This document shows positions 1-10,607 of a stretch of DNA of 61,506 bases, one piece after another. The position numbers and the translations under genes were made by a program. Location: positions 1 to 61,506 of the forward strand of contig CAXMQQ010000009.1 of NCBI GenBank assembly GCA_964195545.1, written 5' to 3'. The stretch's first letter is position 1, and every line of letters begins with the position of its first letter. This DNA comes from an uncultured Acidimicrobiia bacterium. GTDB taxonomy: Bacteria; Actinomycetota; Acidimicrobiia; Spongiisociales; UBA5794. The notes beneath the pieces were generated by a model. The model had not been told where the DNA came from. It worked only from the letters and a program-made list of their open reading frames with translations, and searched no databases.

Positions 1-614
1 GGCATGATGCTCATCAGGTCCACAGCCTGGTGATTCGGGATGGCCTCGATCTGGAGGGTGTCCACTAGGCCGCGATGGGTGTCTCCAGGATCGGCCACGC
101 GACGAATGATCGTGATGGCCGTCTTCTCGATGCCGAAGGCGCGATCGAGACAGTCCATGGTGCGGATCAGGCCCGTGGTGTTGCAGGAAGTGAGCTTCAG
201 GTAGTCGCGGCCGATTCCTGCGTCGTAGTTGGCATAGCCGTGGAAGAAGACGTCGGCGACTTCGCCCGCCTCCCCTCCTTGGAAGACGGCTTTGACACCG
301 GCCGCCTGATACTTCACCTTGTTCTTGGCACCAATGCCGCCCGGAGCAGAATCGAGCATGATGTCGACCTCGCTGAGGAGATCGTCGAAACTGCCAGAAA
401 CCGGGATGCCTGCGCCTTCGAGGTGCGCCTCGGAGCCGGGCACCGCGGCAAACATCCGGTAGGGCATCCCACGCTCCGCGAGGGCACGCACGGGGAGCGT
501 CGCAGCAACGTCGGCGACGCCGACGAGCTCCATGTCTTCCTGGCGGGCTACACCGTCCGCCAGGCGCTGCCCGATCACCCCGAACCCTGCTACTCCGACC
601 TTCACCTTGGTCAT
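1..614 (-). CDS. gap: Glyceraldehyde-3-phosphate dehydrogenase, type II (archaeal type); N-terminal part only, gene runs off the left edge
   Basis: Absent from the ORF track because it is open at the window edge. My minus-strand translation from ATG 614-612 reads MTKVKVGVAGFGVIGQRLADGVARQEDMELVGV...GIGAKNKVKYQAAGVKAVFQGGE...LKLTSCNTTGLIRTM...IIRRVADPGD. It has an N-terminal GxGxxG, the SCNTT catalytic-Cys block and the FQGGE and RRxADP blocks, as in archaeal type II GAPDH. The plus ORF 75..638 is the antisense artefact. Confidence 0.85.
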   Translation of the reverse strand, partial: MTKVKVGVAGFGVIGQRLADGVARQEDMELVGVADVAATLPVRALAERGMPYRMFAAVPGSEAHLEGAGIPVSGSFDDLLSEVDIMLDSAPGGIGAKNKVKYQAAGVKAVFQGGEAGEVADVFFHGYANYDAGIGRDYLKLTSCNTTGLIRTMDCLDRAFGIEKTAITIIRRVADPGDTHRGLVDTLQIEAIPNHQAVDLMSIM

Positions 615-634
615 TTTCGAACTTCGCTTTCGTT

Positions 635-1726
635 CTAGGCAGTCGCTCGCATTGCCGCGACAACCGCTGATCCCATTTCGACGGTCGAATTCGATCCACC
701 CATGTCTCGGGTGCGGACCTCTCCGGCACCGAGCGTGCCTGCAATGGCGGATTCGATGTGGTCGGCTGCTTCGCTCTCACCGACATTGTCCAACATCATC
801 CGGACCGCCTCGATGGTTGCGATCGGATTGACGACAAGCTGGCCGGTGTACTTGGGAGCGGAGCCGTGAATGGGTTCGAACATCGACGGGTAGTCACCTT
901 CCGGATTGATGTTGCCGCCGGCGGCAAACCCCATGCCTCCCTGGAGCATCGCACCAAGGTCGGTGATGATGTCACCGAACAGATTGGATGCGACGACGAC
1001 ATCGAAGTAGTCCGGGTTCTTGACGAACCACATCGTCAGGGCATCCACCAGCGCCATATCCGTCTCGATATCGGGAAAGTCCTCCGCCACGGAATCGAAG
1101 GCTTCATCCCAGAACACCATCGAATAGTTCAGAGCATTCGATTTCGTGCAATTGGTTACCCGACCCACAGGGTTCGACGAACCGAGTTTTGCTCTCTTCC
1201 TCGCCGCCTCAAAACCGTACCGAATCGCGCGCTCACAACCCTTCCAGGTAAACACTCCGGTCTGAAGAGCAAACGCATCGGGGGTACCGCGCTTGAAGAA
1301 GCCCCCTGTGCCGGAATACTCCCCCTCCGTGTTCTCTCGGACGACCAAGATGTCCAATGTCTCCGGGTTGGCCGTTGCTATCGGGGAGGAGACGCCCGGG
1401 TAGAGTTTGATCGGGCGGAGATTTATGTATTGATCGAAGCCCTTCCGGATGGCGAGCAACATCTGCAGCGAAATGTGATCCTCGACCTTGTTGGCGTCAC
1501 CGATGCAGCCCAGGAATATCGAGTCGAATCCACTCAACGTCTCGAGAGCGTTCTCCGGCATCATCGAGCCGGTCTGCAGGAAGCGATCACAGGACCAGTC
1601 GAACGTCTCTGTGGCGATATCGAATCCGTGGATACTCGCAGCAGCATCCAAGACACGTACCGCCTCTTCCGCGATCTCAACACCCACGCCATCCCCAGGT
1701 ATCGAAGCGATTCGGTATGTGTTCAT
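635..1726 (-). CDS. Tartrate dehydrogenase/decarboxylase-like enzyme (isocitrate/isopropylmalate dehydrogenase superfamily)
   Basis: 363-aa ORF starting [30 protein letters not shown]...[19 protein letters not shown]. The N-terminus, length and IPGDGxG motif fit TtuC/D-malate dehydrogenase-type members better than LeuB. Its stop lies 20 nt from the gap start. Confidence 0.75.
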   Translation of the reverse strand: MNTYRIASIPGDGVGVEIAEEAVRVLDAAASIHGFDIATETFDWSCDRFLQTGSMMPENALETLSGFDSIFLGCIGDANKVEDHISLQMLLAIRKGFDQYINLRPIKLYPGVSSPIATANPETLDILVVRENTEGEYSGTGGFFKRGTPDAFALQTGVFTWKGCERAIRYGFEAARKRAKLGSSNPVGRVTNCTKSNALNYSMVFWDEAFDSVAEDFPDIETDMALVDALTMWFVKNPDYFDVVVASNLFGDIITDLGAMLQGGMGFAAGGNINPEGDYPSMFEPIHGSAPKYTGQLVVNPIATIEAVRMMLDNVGESEAADHIESAIAGTLGAGEVRTRDMGGSNSTVEMGSAVVAAMRATA

Positions 1727-2017
1727 CGGTCCTCCTCAGGAAGCTATGGATGTATGAGGCGAACCCCGACTTCGGGCGTTCGCCCTGATCTCACCCCGAG
1801 ACTAGACGCGAGACGGGGAGCCGGCACAATCCTCATCGATAATCGATGACCTACCAGCCTGGAGTCGCAAGACAGTTGTCGACGCGATGTAGTCGATGGA
1901 CATGAGCTTTGGACTGTTCTGCACGGGATTGATCTCATCGCCATCTATGACTGGCCATTGGCGGCAGGCCTTTCGGGCGCCGACCAACGAGAAGAGGGTG
2001 GTGCCGGTGGAGCCAGC

Positions 2018-3313
2018 TCAGAGGTTGAGGGCTGCGAGTCGACTGAACACCACATCCGTATTTCTGAGGAAGTGTTCTGTCGAGAAGCAGGATTCGAGTT
2101 CCTCGGTCGTTAGGTCGCAGTCGGGGTCAGCTGCCAGGCGATCCTTGAGCATGCCACCTTCGTCCCATGTGGCCATGGCGTTGTTCTGCACGATCCGATA
2201 TGCGGCATCGCGGCTGTGGCCACCTTCGGCGAGTGCGAGAAGCACGGCTTGCGAAAACACCAGACCACGGGTCTCTTCGAGGTTCTCGGCCATGCGATCG
2301 GTATCCACGACGAGACCATGAACGAGCCTGGCCATCCGGGCGAGCGCAAAATCGAGGAGGCCGGTCGCGTCCGGGAGTGCCACCCGCTCGGCGGCGGAGT
2401 GACTGATGTCTCGCTCGTGCCACAGTGCCACGTTTTCCATCCCGACCGAGGCATATCCACGAAGAAGCCGGGAGATCCCTGTGATGTTCTCGGATGCGAT
2501 CGGGTTGCGTTTGTGGGGCATCGCCGACGAACCCTTCTGACCCGATTCGAACGACTCCCTTACTTCCCCAATCTCGCTTCGTTGGAGGTGACGGATCTCG
2601 GTGGCGAAGCGCTCGAGCGAGGAGCCCGTGAGGGCGATCGTGCTGAGGAACTCGGCCTGGCGGTCCCTGTGGGTGATTTGCGACGAGGCCGACTCGATCC
2701 CGATCCCGAGCCGCTCACAGACGAACGCCTCGACCGAGGGAGGGGTGTGGGCGTATGTGCCCACGGCGCCCGAGATCTTGCCGACTGCAACCGCATCCCT
2801 CGCGTGTTGCATCCGGCGATGATCCCTGGCGATCTCGAACGCCCAGTTCGCCAGCTTGAGGCCGAATGAAGTCGGTTCTGCCCAGATGCCGTGGGTACGG
2901 CCGATGATCGGCGTGTCACGGTGCTCCATCGCCTTGCTTCGAACGATGTCAAAGAGCGCTTCGATACGACCGAGCAGCAGGTTGCCGGCGTCCCGGAGGA
3001 GAACGCCGTTGGCCGTGTCGAGAACGTCCGATGACGTCAGCCCGAAGTGGACCCACTCGCCTCCGGGATCGACCGATCCCGCGAGCAGGTCGACGAATGC
3101 CGCGACGTCATGGTTGGTGATCTGTTCGCGATCCTTCCATGCGATCGGATCGACCTCCGGAGCCGAACGAAGTGCCGTGCCAACCTCTGCGGGAACGACA
3201 CCGAGGTTGCTCCACGCCTCGACGACGAGGGTCTCGACTTCCTTCCATACGGCGAGCTTGCGCTCTTCGCTCCAAACGGCCGCCATCTCGGGGAGGGAGT
3301 ATCGGTCGATCAT
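2018..3313 (-). CDS. purB: Adenylosuccinate lyase
   Basis: 431-aa ORF starting MIDRYSLPEMAAVWSEERKLAVWKEVE. It carries the fumarate-lyase signature GSSAMPHKRNP. Confidence 0.95.
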   Translation of the reverse strand: MIDRYSLPEMAAVWSEERKLAVWKEVETLVVEAWSNLGVVPAEVGTALRSAPEVDPIAWKDREQITNHDVAAFVDLLAGSVDPGGEWVHFGLTSSDVLDTANGVLLRDAGNLLLGRIEALFDIVRSKAMEHRDTPIIGRTHGIWAEPTSFGLKLANWAFEIARDHRRMQHARDAVAVGKISGAVGTYAHTPPSVEAFVCERLGIGIESASSQITHRDRQAEFLSTIALTGSSLERFATEIRHLQRSEIGEVRESFESGQKGSSAMPHKRNPIASENITGISRLLRGYASVGMENVALWHERDISHSAAERVALPDATGLLDFALARMARLVHGLVVDTDRMAENLEETRGLVFSQAVLLALAEGGHSRDAAYRIVQNNAMATWDEGGMLKDRLAADPDCDLTTEELESCFSTEHFLRNTDVVFSRLAALNL

Positions 3314-3407
3314 GATCCGTAGTCTGCAGGCCGTAGTCTGTAGTCCGTATGTCGGGGTTCGCGACCGGTCACGCGATCCCCGATGTCGTCGATGGGACGG
3401 GGTCCTG

Positions 3408-4697
<1,290 letters not shown>

Positions 4698-4713
4698 TCA
4701 CTAGTGAAAGGAG

Positions 4714-4719
4714 ATTGTA
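4714..4719 (-). promoter_or_regulatory. Candidate -10 box (TACAAT) of the purA promoter
   Basis: The minus strand reads gggcggTACAATctcctttcactagtGAGGAGtccacATG. The TANNNT hexamer ends 25 nt before the purA ATG. No good -35 is present, which is common in actinobacteria. Confidence 0.3.
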
Positions 4720-5157
4720 CCGCCCTGTTACCGGTCCGGCACAAAGCGTCGGACCACCAACAGGCGTAGTCCATGGTCCACCAGCGGTCGTCAGTAGTCG
4801 GTACTCCGACCGGCTGTGAGCCCGCGTCATACTCCTGCAAGCCTCAGAGCATCTTGCGGATTCGGCGCGTCTCTTCGACTGCCGTGCCGACAGCTGCTGA
4901 CTCGCCGAATCCGAGATCCGCCGCCAACCGCAGTTGGGTCCAGTCTCGGAGCCATTGCCTGCCGCGATGCGAAGGAGCTAGACGAAGGATCGGTCTCCGC
5001 CTCTACCTGCGCCATGCGCGGCAACGGCCAACCGCTTGCTGCATCCCCTCTCGCACTACTAGGTTCCTGGGCTATCCCTCGGCCGCGGGTCGGGGGTACG
5101 CGTCCTGAGGCAGGGCGCCGGAGGAAATGTCGGAAGTTAGAAAAGGGGAAATCCCAT

Positions 5158-6300
5158 ATGATGAAAAGACTTGTACTGCTCTTTGCAGTGCTCGCCCTTG
5201 TTGCCGCAGCATGCGGTAGTAGTGACGATGCAGACGAGACGACCACGACCGCAGCCGGTACGGAGACGACTGTGGCCGACGCCGGGCAAGAGACGACAGA
5301 CACCGGTGAGAGCACGCTCGACAGGGTGATCGCTCGCGGCACGCTCAAGTGCGGCATCTCGACCGGCGCTCCCGGCTTCTCCGAGACGGACCCGCAGGGC
5401 AATTCGACGGGCCTCGATGCCGACTACTGCCGTGCCGTTGCGGCCGCAGTTCTCGGTGACGCGACTGCCGTCGAGTTCCGCGGGTTGACGGCAGCCGAGC
5501 GGTTCGCAGCGCTGGACACAGGCGAAGTCGATGTCCTGATGAGGAACACGACGTGGACCCAGTCCCGTGATGGTGACTTGGCACTCGACTTCGTGGCAAC
5601 GACATTCTACGACGGCCAGCAGATCATGGGGAACCCCGCGACTCTGACGGCCCTAGAGGATGGCATGACAAACGAAGAGGCGTTCGCAGCCATCGACGGC
5701 GGCATTGTTTGCACCAACGCCGGCACGACCACTGAGAAGAACATCAGTGAAGGTGCCGCCCAGAGTGGCGCGTCGATCTCGCTCGAGACGGTTGAGAACT
5801 TTGCCGAGGCGATGGACAAGTTCATCGCCGGTACGTGCGACCTGGTCACAACCGACGGTTCTGGTCTCTTCGGGCACCGTTCTGCGAACATCGCAGCCGG
5901 TACCGAGGGCGCTGAGAACTGGGTCATCTTCCCCGATGCTCCCATCTCCAAGGAGCCGCTGGGTCCTGTCGTCCGTCAGAACGACTCCACTTGGATGGAT
6001 GTTGTGCAGTGGACGGTCTTCGCGACGTTCATCGCGGAAGAGAATGGCGTCACGGCGGCCAGCGCCGAGGCGGACAAGGACAAGACGCCCGAGATCGCTC
6101 GACTCTTCGGTGTTTCCGAGGACGAGGTTCAGACCAAGATGGGTCTGAGCGCGGACGCCTTCTTCCAGGTGATCTCGCAAGTCGGAAACTACGGCGAGAT
6201 CTACGAGCGGAACCTCGGACCGCTGAACCTGAAGCGCGACGGTACGCGCAACATGCAGTGGTACGACGGGGGTCTGATCTACGCCCCGCCGGCACGCTGA
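5158..6300 (+). CDS. aapJ: Amino-acid ABC transporter substrate-binding lipoprotein (AapJ/BztA type)
   Basis: The real start is MMKRLVLLFAVLALVAAACGSSDD at 5158, with a purine-rich AAAAGGGGAA stretch just upstream and a lipobox Cys. The track ORF 4816..6300 is an in-frame non-protein-like extension. The mature part (LDRVIARGTLKCGISTGAPGFSE...DADYCRAVAAAVLGD) matches the general L-amino-acid binding family. Confidence 0.85.
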   Translation: MMKRLVLLFAVLALVAAACGSSDDADETTTTAAGTETTVADAGQETTDTGESTLDRVIARGTLKCGISTGAPGFSETDPQGNSTGLDADYCRAVAAAVLGDATAVEFRGLTAAERFAALDTGEVDVLMRNTTWTQSRDGDLALDFVATTFYDGQQIMGNPATLTALEDGMTNEEAFAAIDGGIVCTNAGTTTEKNISEGAAQSGASISLETVENFAEAMDKFIAGTCDLVTTDGSGLFGHRSANIAAGTEGAENWVIFPDAPISKEPLGPVVRQNDSTWMDVVQWTVFATFIAEENGVTAASAEADKDKTPEIARLFGVSEDEVQTKMGLSADAFFQVISQVGNYGEIYERNLGPLNLKRDGTRNMQWYDGGLIYAPPAR

Positions 6301-6322
6301 TCGAACCGAACGACGAGTGAAG

Positions 6323-6348
6323 AGCGGGGGCGCGATAGCGCCCCCGCT
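6323..6348 (+). terminator. Hairpin after aapJ (attenuator or partial terminator between the binding-protein and permease genes)
   Basis: AGCGGGGGCGC-gata-GCGCCCCCGCT forms an 11-bp perfect GC-rich stem with a tetraloop. It is followed by tcctttgtgtct and starts 23 nt after the aapJ stop. Confidence 0.6.
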
Positions 6349-6412
6349 TCCTTTGTGTCTATGGTGCACCAAGCGGTTGAGCCGGTGAGCGCCGGTGGGA
6401 GGACATCTAGGC

Positions 6413-7957
6413 ATGGCGGTTACCGTCAGGGAAAGCGAGAGGACGCCCCTCTGGCGCAATGCCGCGTTCCTCAAGTGGGCGTCTCAACTGTCAGTGTTGG
6501 TGGTCACCCTCGCCTTCTTCGTCATCCTCGGTCGCCAGGCCTTTTCCAACTTCAGCGCTTCAGGGACGACCTTCGACCTGGATTTCCTGACCGACCCGAT
6601 CGGGGTCTTCCTTCGCGAGGGCATCGACACCGAGCCCGACAGCTCGATCCGGGCGCTGGCCGTGGGGGCGATGAACACGCTGCGCGTCGCGATCACCGGC
6701 ATCATCGCCGCGACCATCATCGGAACGCTGATTGGAATCGGGAGGCTGTCCAGCAACTGGATCGTCAACAAGGTCGCCACGTTCTACATCGAGACGATCC
6801 GGAACATCCCGCTGCTCGTCCAGATCTTCTTCTGGCAGGCGATGGTGATCGCCCTTCCGAGCCTCGTCGCTGCAGACATCGGTGAGTACTGGTTCAAGAG
6901 TTCGAACAAGGGAATAGCGTTCGCGTGGGTGAGCTGGAACGGCGGGTTCTGGCCCTGGATCGTGTTCGTGGGCGCCGGCATCATCGTCGGACGTTTCGTC
7001 TCGCGGTGGCGCTATCGGGTGCAAGAGGAGACCGGCGAGGCGAGCCACGCCTCATACTATGTGGCGGGGACACTGATCGTGTTCGCAGCTGTCGGGTGGT
7101 TTGCATGGCCGCTCCTCAGCTTCATGGAGCCGATCTTCCACGGCATCGCTAACTTCGTCGACGCCGTTCCGGCGATTCTCGTTCCGATCATCGTCGCACT
7201 GGCTGCGTTGCTCGGGGCGGGATGGTGGATCAGGAGCTTCTTCGAATCACGGCGCACGCCGGCCGGCTTCGGGAAACTCACCGATGATGACTGGTTCCGC
7301 GTGATCTTCGCCGGCACCATGGGCGTTGTCGTTGCCGCCATCGCATTCCTGGTGAGCGGCATCACCGTCACCACCGTCGCCGGTGAGGTGCTCACAGTCG
7401 CCGAGATGATCCGCCTGGGAATCGGGAACTTCTTCGACTGGTTGGGCAACGGCTTCGCCGCAGATGGTGGGAAGCCGCTGAACTTCTCCAAAGCATCAGT
7501 GGTGCAGAGGGGGAACTTCCCTCAGTACGGCGACACGGGAGCCGTGATGACGGTTCCGTTCTTCGCCGTGTGGTTCTCCATAACGCTGTACACAGCGGCG
7601 TTCATCGCGGAGATCGTGCGCGGCGGCATCCTTGCCGTCTCCAAAGGTCAGACCGAAGCAGCTCAAGCGGTTGGGCTCAAGCGCTCGCAGTTCCTTCGCT
7701 TGATCATCCTCCCTCAGGCGTTCCGGATCATCCTGCCGCCGATCGGGAACCAGTATCTCAATCTGTTCAAGAACACGTCGCTCGGGATCGGCGTTGCATA
7801 CGCAGAGATCGTCGCCGTCGGCAGCACCATCCTGAACCAGACGGGACAGACGCTTCCGATCGTGCTGATCTGGATGGGGTTCTTCCTGACCGGGAGCCTG
7901 ATGATCTCCGGGGTCGTCAACTACTACAACCGCAAGATGAAGCTCGTGGAGCGATGA
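6413..7957 (+). CDS. aapQ: Amino-acid ABC transporter permease (AapQ type) with a long hydrophobic N-terminal extension
   Basis: ATG 6413 has GGGAGGA 9 nt upstream, whereas the track start is GTG 6395. The C-terminal part carries the polar amino-acid permease EAA loop (AVSKGQTEAAQAVGLKRSQFLRLIILPQAFR). Confidence 0.85.
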   Translation: MAVTVRESERTPLWRNAAFLKWASQLSVLVVTLAFFVILGRQAFSNFSASGTTFDLDFLTDPIGVFLREGIDTEPDSSIRALAVGAMNTLRVAITGIIAATIIGTLIGIGRLSSNWIVNKVATFYIETIRNIPLLVQIFFWQAMVIALPSLVAADIGEYWFKSSNKGIAFAWVSWNGGFWPWIVFVGAGIIVGRFVSRWRYRVQEETGEASHASYYVAGTLIVFAAVGWFAWPLLSFMEPIFHGIANFVDAVPAILVPIIVALAALLGAGWWIRSFFESRRTPAGFGKLTDDDWFRVIFAGTMGVVVAAIAFLVSGITVTTVAGEVLTVAEMIRLGIGNFFDWLGNGFAADGGKPLNFSKASVVQRGNFPQYGDTGAVMTVPFFAVWFSITLYTAAFIAEIVRGGILAVSKGQTEAAQAVGLKRSQFLRLIILPQAFRIILPPIGNQYLNLFKNTSLGIGVAYAEIVAVGSTILNQTGQTLPIVLIWMGFFLTGSLMISGVVNYYNRKMKLVER

Positions 7958-7958
7958 G

Positions 7959-9797
7959 ATGACCACCAGGATCGAACTACCCGAGATTCCCGATCTGGCA
8001 CCCGAGCCGCCTCCACGCGGTCCGCGCGTATGGCTGCGCGAGAACCTGTTCTCTACACCGGTGAGCGGTGTCCTGTCGATTGTCACGATCATGGTTGGTC
8101 TCGCCGCATACCGCGGTGTGCTCGCATTCGTCTTCGCCCCCGATCGCAGGTGGGAAGCGGTCACCTACAACGCACGACTGCTGATGATCCAGGCGTACCC
8201 GAGCGAACAGATGACCCGCATCTGGGTCTCGGTCGCCATCGTTGTGCTGTTGCTGGCGGCGACTGTTGCGGTGTACCGGATCGGCGGCCAAACGACTCCG
8301 CGCAAGGTTGGGATCGGGCTGATGTCCCTCGGATCGATCATCGTTGTGGGCGGCGTCATCGGGCCGTGGGGGATCGCGCTCTCTCCGTTCGGCGTTGAAT
8401 CGATGCGCGGCTTTCTGGGATGGGTGATCGTGGGGGTCGTCCTTGTCGTCGGCGGACATCTGTTGCGGACGGTGCCGGGAGAAGAGCGCGCGAGGGATTC
8501 TTCGATTCCGATCCTGGGAGTCGTGCTCGTTGCGATCTTCGTGGTGCTGAGTGCCCTCTGGACGGTTCTGCTGCCTCAACCCATCTTCGACGAGGCGGGC
8601 AAACAGACCATCACCATGGAACCGATCGCGATGAGCACCCGGCTGCCGTGGACGTACATCGCGGTTCTGGGGATCGTCATCTACTTCGTGATGTGGTTCC
8701 TCCGAGACCGGATCCCCATCGGGCTGGCCCGCAGGACACTCGTGGGGCTTTGGGTCGGATCCTTCCCGTTCATCGTGCTCGTGCTCCTGCGAGACCCTCA
8801 TATGGACTACGGGCGTGTCTTCACCTGGTACCTACCGGTGGCCCTTGGATTCATCGTCATCGGCGGACTGATCCTCAACTTCGTCGCCGGCGGCAGGGGT
8901 GAGCTTGGCAGGGTGATCGGTGCGGTTCTCCTCATCATGGCGCTCGCCTCGTTCATGTTCCCAATGGAGTTCCTGATCCGATTCCTCCTGCTGTCGCTTG
9001 CCCTGTTCGCTTTTGCCGCGCCCACGTTCGGAGGCAAGGGCGGCGGTCGCGTCGCGTTCCTGTCGATCTGGGCTGGCACGGCAGGACTACTGACGTTCTT
9101 CCTTGCGCTGCTCACGGCTCCCTCCACCGTCGAGGTTGCCGGTTCGTCGTTCCTCGGCGGACTCCTCCTGACCATCGTGCTGTCGGTGGTCGCCATCACG
9201 CTCTCGCTCCCGATCGGCATCATGCTCGCTCTTGCGCGAACATCGAGGATGCCGATCTTCCGGCTGATGGCGACGACGTACATCGAGATCGTGCGCGGCG
9301 TCCCACTTATCACATGGCTCATCGTTGCTTTCATCATGCTGCCGGTGGCGCTGCCGGCCGGCGTCGAGATCGGTGGCGTAGCGAGGGCGATGGGTGCGAT
9401 GACGTTCTTCTCGGCCGCCTATCTGGCGGAGAACGTTCGCGGCGGCCTCCAGGCGATCCCCAAGGGCCAGTACGAGGCATCGGAGGCAATGGGCCTCACC
9501 ACGAGTCAGACGACAGTCTTCATCGTCCTCCCACAGGCGTTGCGAGCCGTCATTCCCGCACTCGTCGGCCAGATCATCTCGTTGTTCAAGGACACGTCGC
9601 TCGTGACGATCGTCGGTTTGTTCGACTTCCTCCACATCGCACGTCTTGTCATCCCGTCGCAGACGCAGCCCTTCAACTTCCTCGGGGTCCTGCGCGAACC
9701 CCTCCTCTTCGCTGCTGTCGTCTACTGGATGTTCACCTTCACGTTCAGCCGCATCTCACAGCGGCTGGAGAAGAAGCTTGGTGTTGGCGAACGGTGA
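7959..9797 (+). CDS. aapM: Amino-acid ABC transporter permease (AapM type) with a very long multi-TM N-terminal extension
   Basis: 612 aa. The ATG lies 1 nt after the aapQ stop. The EAA loop AIPKGQYEASEAMGLTTSQTTVFIVLPQALR sits in the last ~220 aa. The preceding ~380 aa are almost entirely hydrophobic segments. Confidence 0.85.
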   Translation: MTTRIELPEIPDLAPEPPPRGPRVWLRENLFSTPVSGVLSIVTIMVGLAAYRGVLAFVFAPDRRWEAVTYNARLLMIQAYPSEQMTRIWVSVAIVVLLLAATVAVYRIGGQTTPRKVGIGLMSLGSIIVVGGVIGPWGIALSPFGVESMRGFLGWVIVGVVLVVGGHLLRTVPGEERARDSSIPILGVVLVAIFVVLSALWTVLLPQPIFDEAGKQTITMEPIAMSTRLPWTYIAVLGIVIYFVMWFLRDRIPIGLARRTLVGLWVGSFPFIVLVLLRDPHMDYGRVFTWYLPVALGFIVIGGLILNFVAGGRGELGRVIGAVLLIMALASFMFPMEFLIRFLLLSLALFAFAAPTFGGKGGGRVAFLSIWAGTAGLLTFFLALLTAPSTVEVAGSSFLGGLLLTIVLSVVAITLSLPIGIMLALARTSRMPIFRLMATTYIEIVRGVPLITWLIVAFIMLPVALPAGVEIGGVARAMGAMTFFSAAYLAENVRGGLQAIPKGQYEASEAMGLTTSQTTVFIVLPQALRAVIPALVGQIISLFKDTSLVTIVGLFDFLHIARLVIPSQTQPFNFLGVLREPLLFAAVVYWMFTFTFSRISQRLEKKLGVGER

Positions 9798-9814
9798 TCT
9801 GAAAGGATGAAACC

Positions 9815-10594
9815 ATGACCGGAAATGGAAATGGAGATGGTGCTGCGAGGGGCCACACGCTGGGTGGGCCTATGATCGTCAGCGAGGACGTCAAGAAGTG
9901 GTTCGGTGACTTCCAGGCGCTCAAGGGCGTGACGGCGACGGTTCGCGAGCGCGAAGTGGTCGTCGTGATCGGTCCGTCCGGCTCGGGGAAGTCGACGTGG
10001 ATCCGGTGCATCAACCGCCTCGAGGCGCACCAAGAGGGCACGATCATCGTCGATGGACTCGAGTTGACGAACGACATCAAGCACATCGAGAAGATCCGTT
10101 CAGAAGTGGGGATGGTGTTCCAGCAGTTCAACCTGTTCCCACACCTCACCGTGTTGGACAACATCACGCTCGCCCCGCAATGGGTGCGCAAGCTCCCAAA
10201 GGCAGAGGCCGTAGACCTGGGCATGGAGTTGTTGGAGCGGGTTGGGATTCCGGAGCAGGCGAGCAAGTATCCGGGCCAGCTGTCTGGTGGTCAGCAGCAG
10301 CGTGTGGCGATTGCCCGTTCGCTGGCGATGAAGCCGAAGATCATGTTGTTCGACGAGCCGACGTCTGCACTGGATCCTGAGATGATCAAAGAGGTCCTCG
10401 ACGTGATGAAGGAGTTGGCGCTGTCGGGCATGACGATGATCGTGGTGACCCACGAGATGGGGTTTGCCAAAGAGGTCGCCGACCGGGTCATGTTCTTCGA
10501 CTACGGCACGATCGTGGAGGAAGGCACACCGGAGCACTTCTTCACAAACCCGCAGCACGACCGCACGAAGTTGTTCCTCAGTCAGATTCTGTAG
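9815..10594 (+). CDS. aapP: Amino-acid ABC transporter ATP-binding protein
   Basis: Walker [10 protein letters not shown], signature [17 protein letters not shown] and Walker [13 protein letters not shown] are present. An alternative start at M20 (9872) cannot be excluded. Confidence 0.9.
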   Translation: MTGNGNGDGAARGHTLGGPMIVSEDVKKWFGDFQALKGVTATVREREVVVVIGPSGSGKSTWIRCINRLEAHQEGTIIVDGLELTNDIKHIEKIRSEVGMVFQQFNLFPHLTVLDNITLAPQWVRKLPKAEAVDLGMELLERVGIPEQASKYPGQLSGGQQQRVAIARSLAMKPKIMLFDEPTSALDPEMIKEVLDVMKELALSGMTMIVVTHEMGFAKEVADRVMFFDYGTIVEEGTPEHFFTNPQHDRTKLFLSQIL

Positions 10595-10607
10595 CCCGGA
10601 GGGCTAC
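10591..10607. terminator. Short bidirectional hairpin containing both convergent stop codons
   Basis: GTAGCCC-gga-GGGCTAC has a 7-bp stem. The aapP TAG (10592-10594) pairs with the CTA (10604-10606) that is the ATPase TAG on the other strand. Confidence 0.4.

Noticed and set aside
758-1849. 363-aa plus ORF, the same length as the dehydrogenase on the other strand
   Set aside because: It is the antisense shadow of the tartrate-dehydrogenase-like gene. Its sequence is not protein-like. The minus-strand product has clear family motifs.
1833-1849. Palindrome TCATCGA-taa-TCGATGA upstream of the dehydrogenase gene, as a possible operator
   Set aside because: It is a single short AT-rich palindrome with no second copy and no nearby regulator gene. 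That is too little evidence to call a site.
4816-5157. N-terminal 114-codon extension of the aapJ ORF
   Set aside because: The extension is Arg/Ser/Pro-rich and non-protein-like. A purine-rich AAAAGGGGAA stretch, a double Met and a lipoprotein signal mark the true start at 5158.
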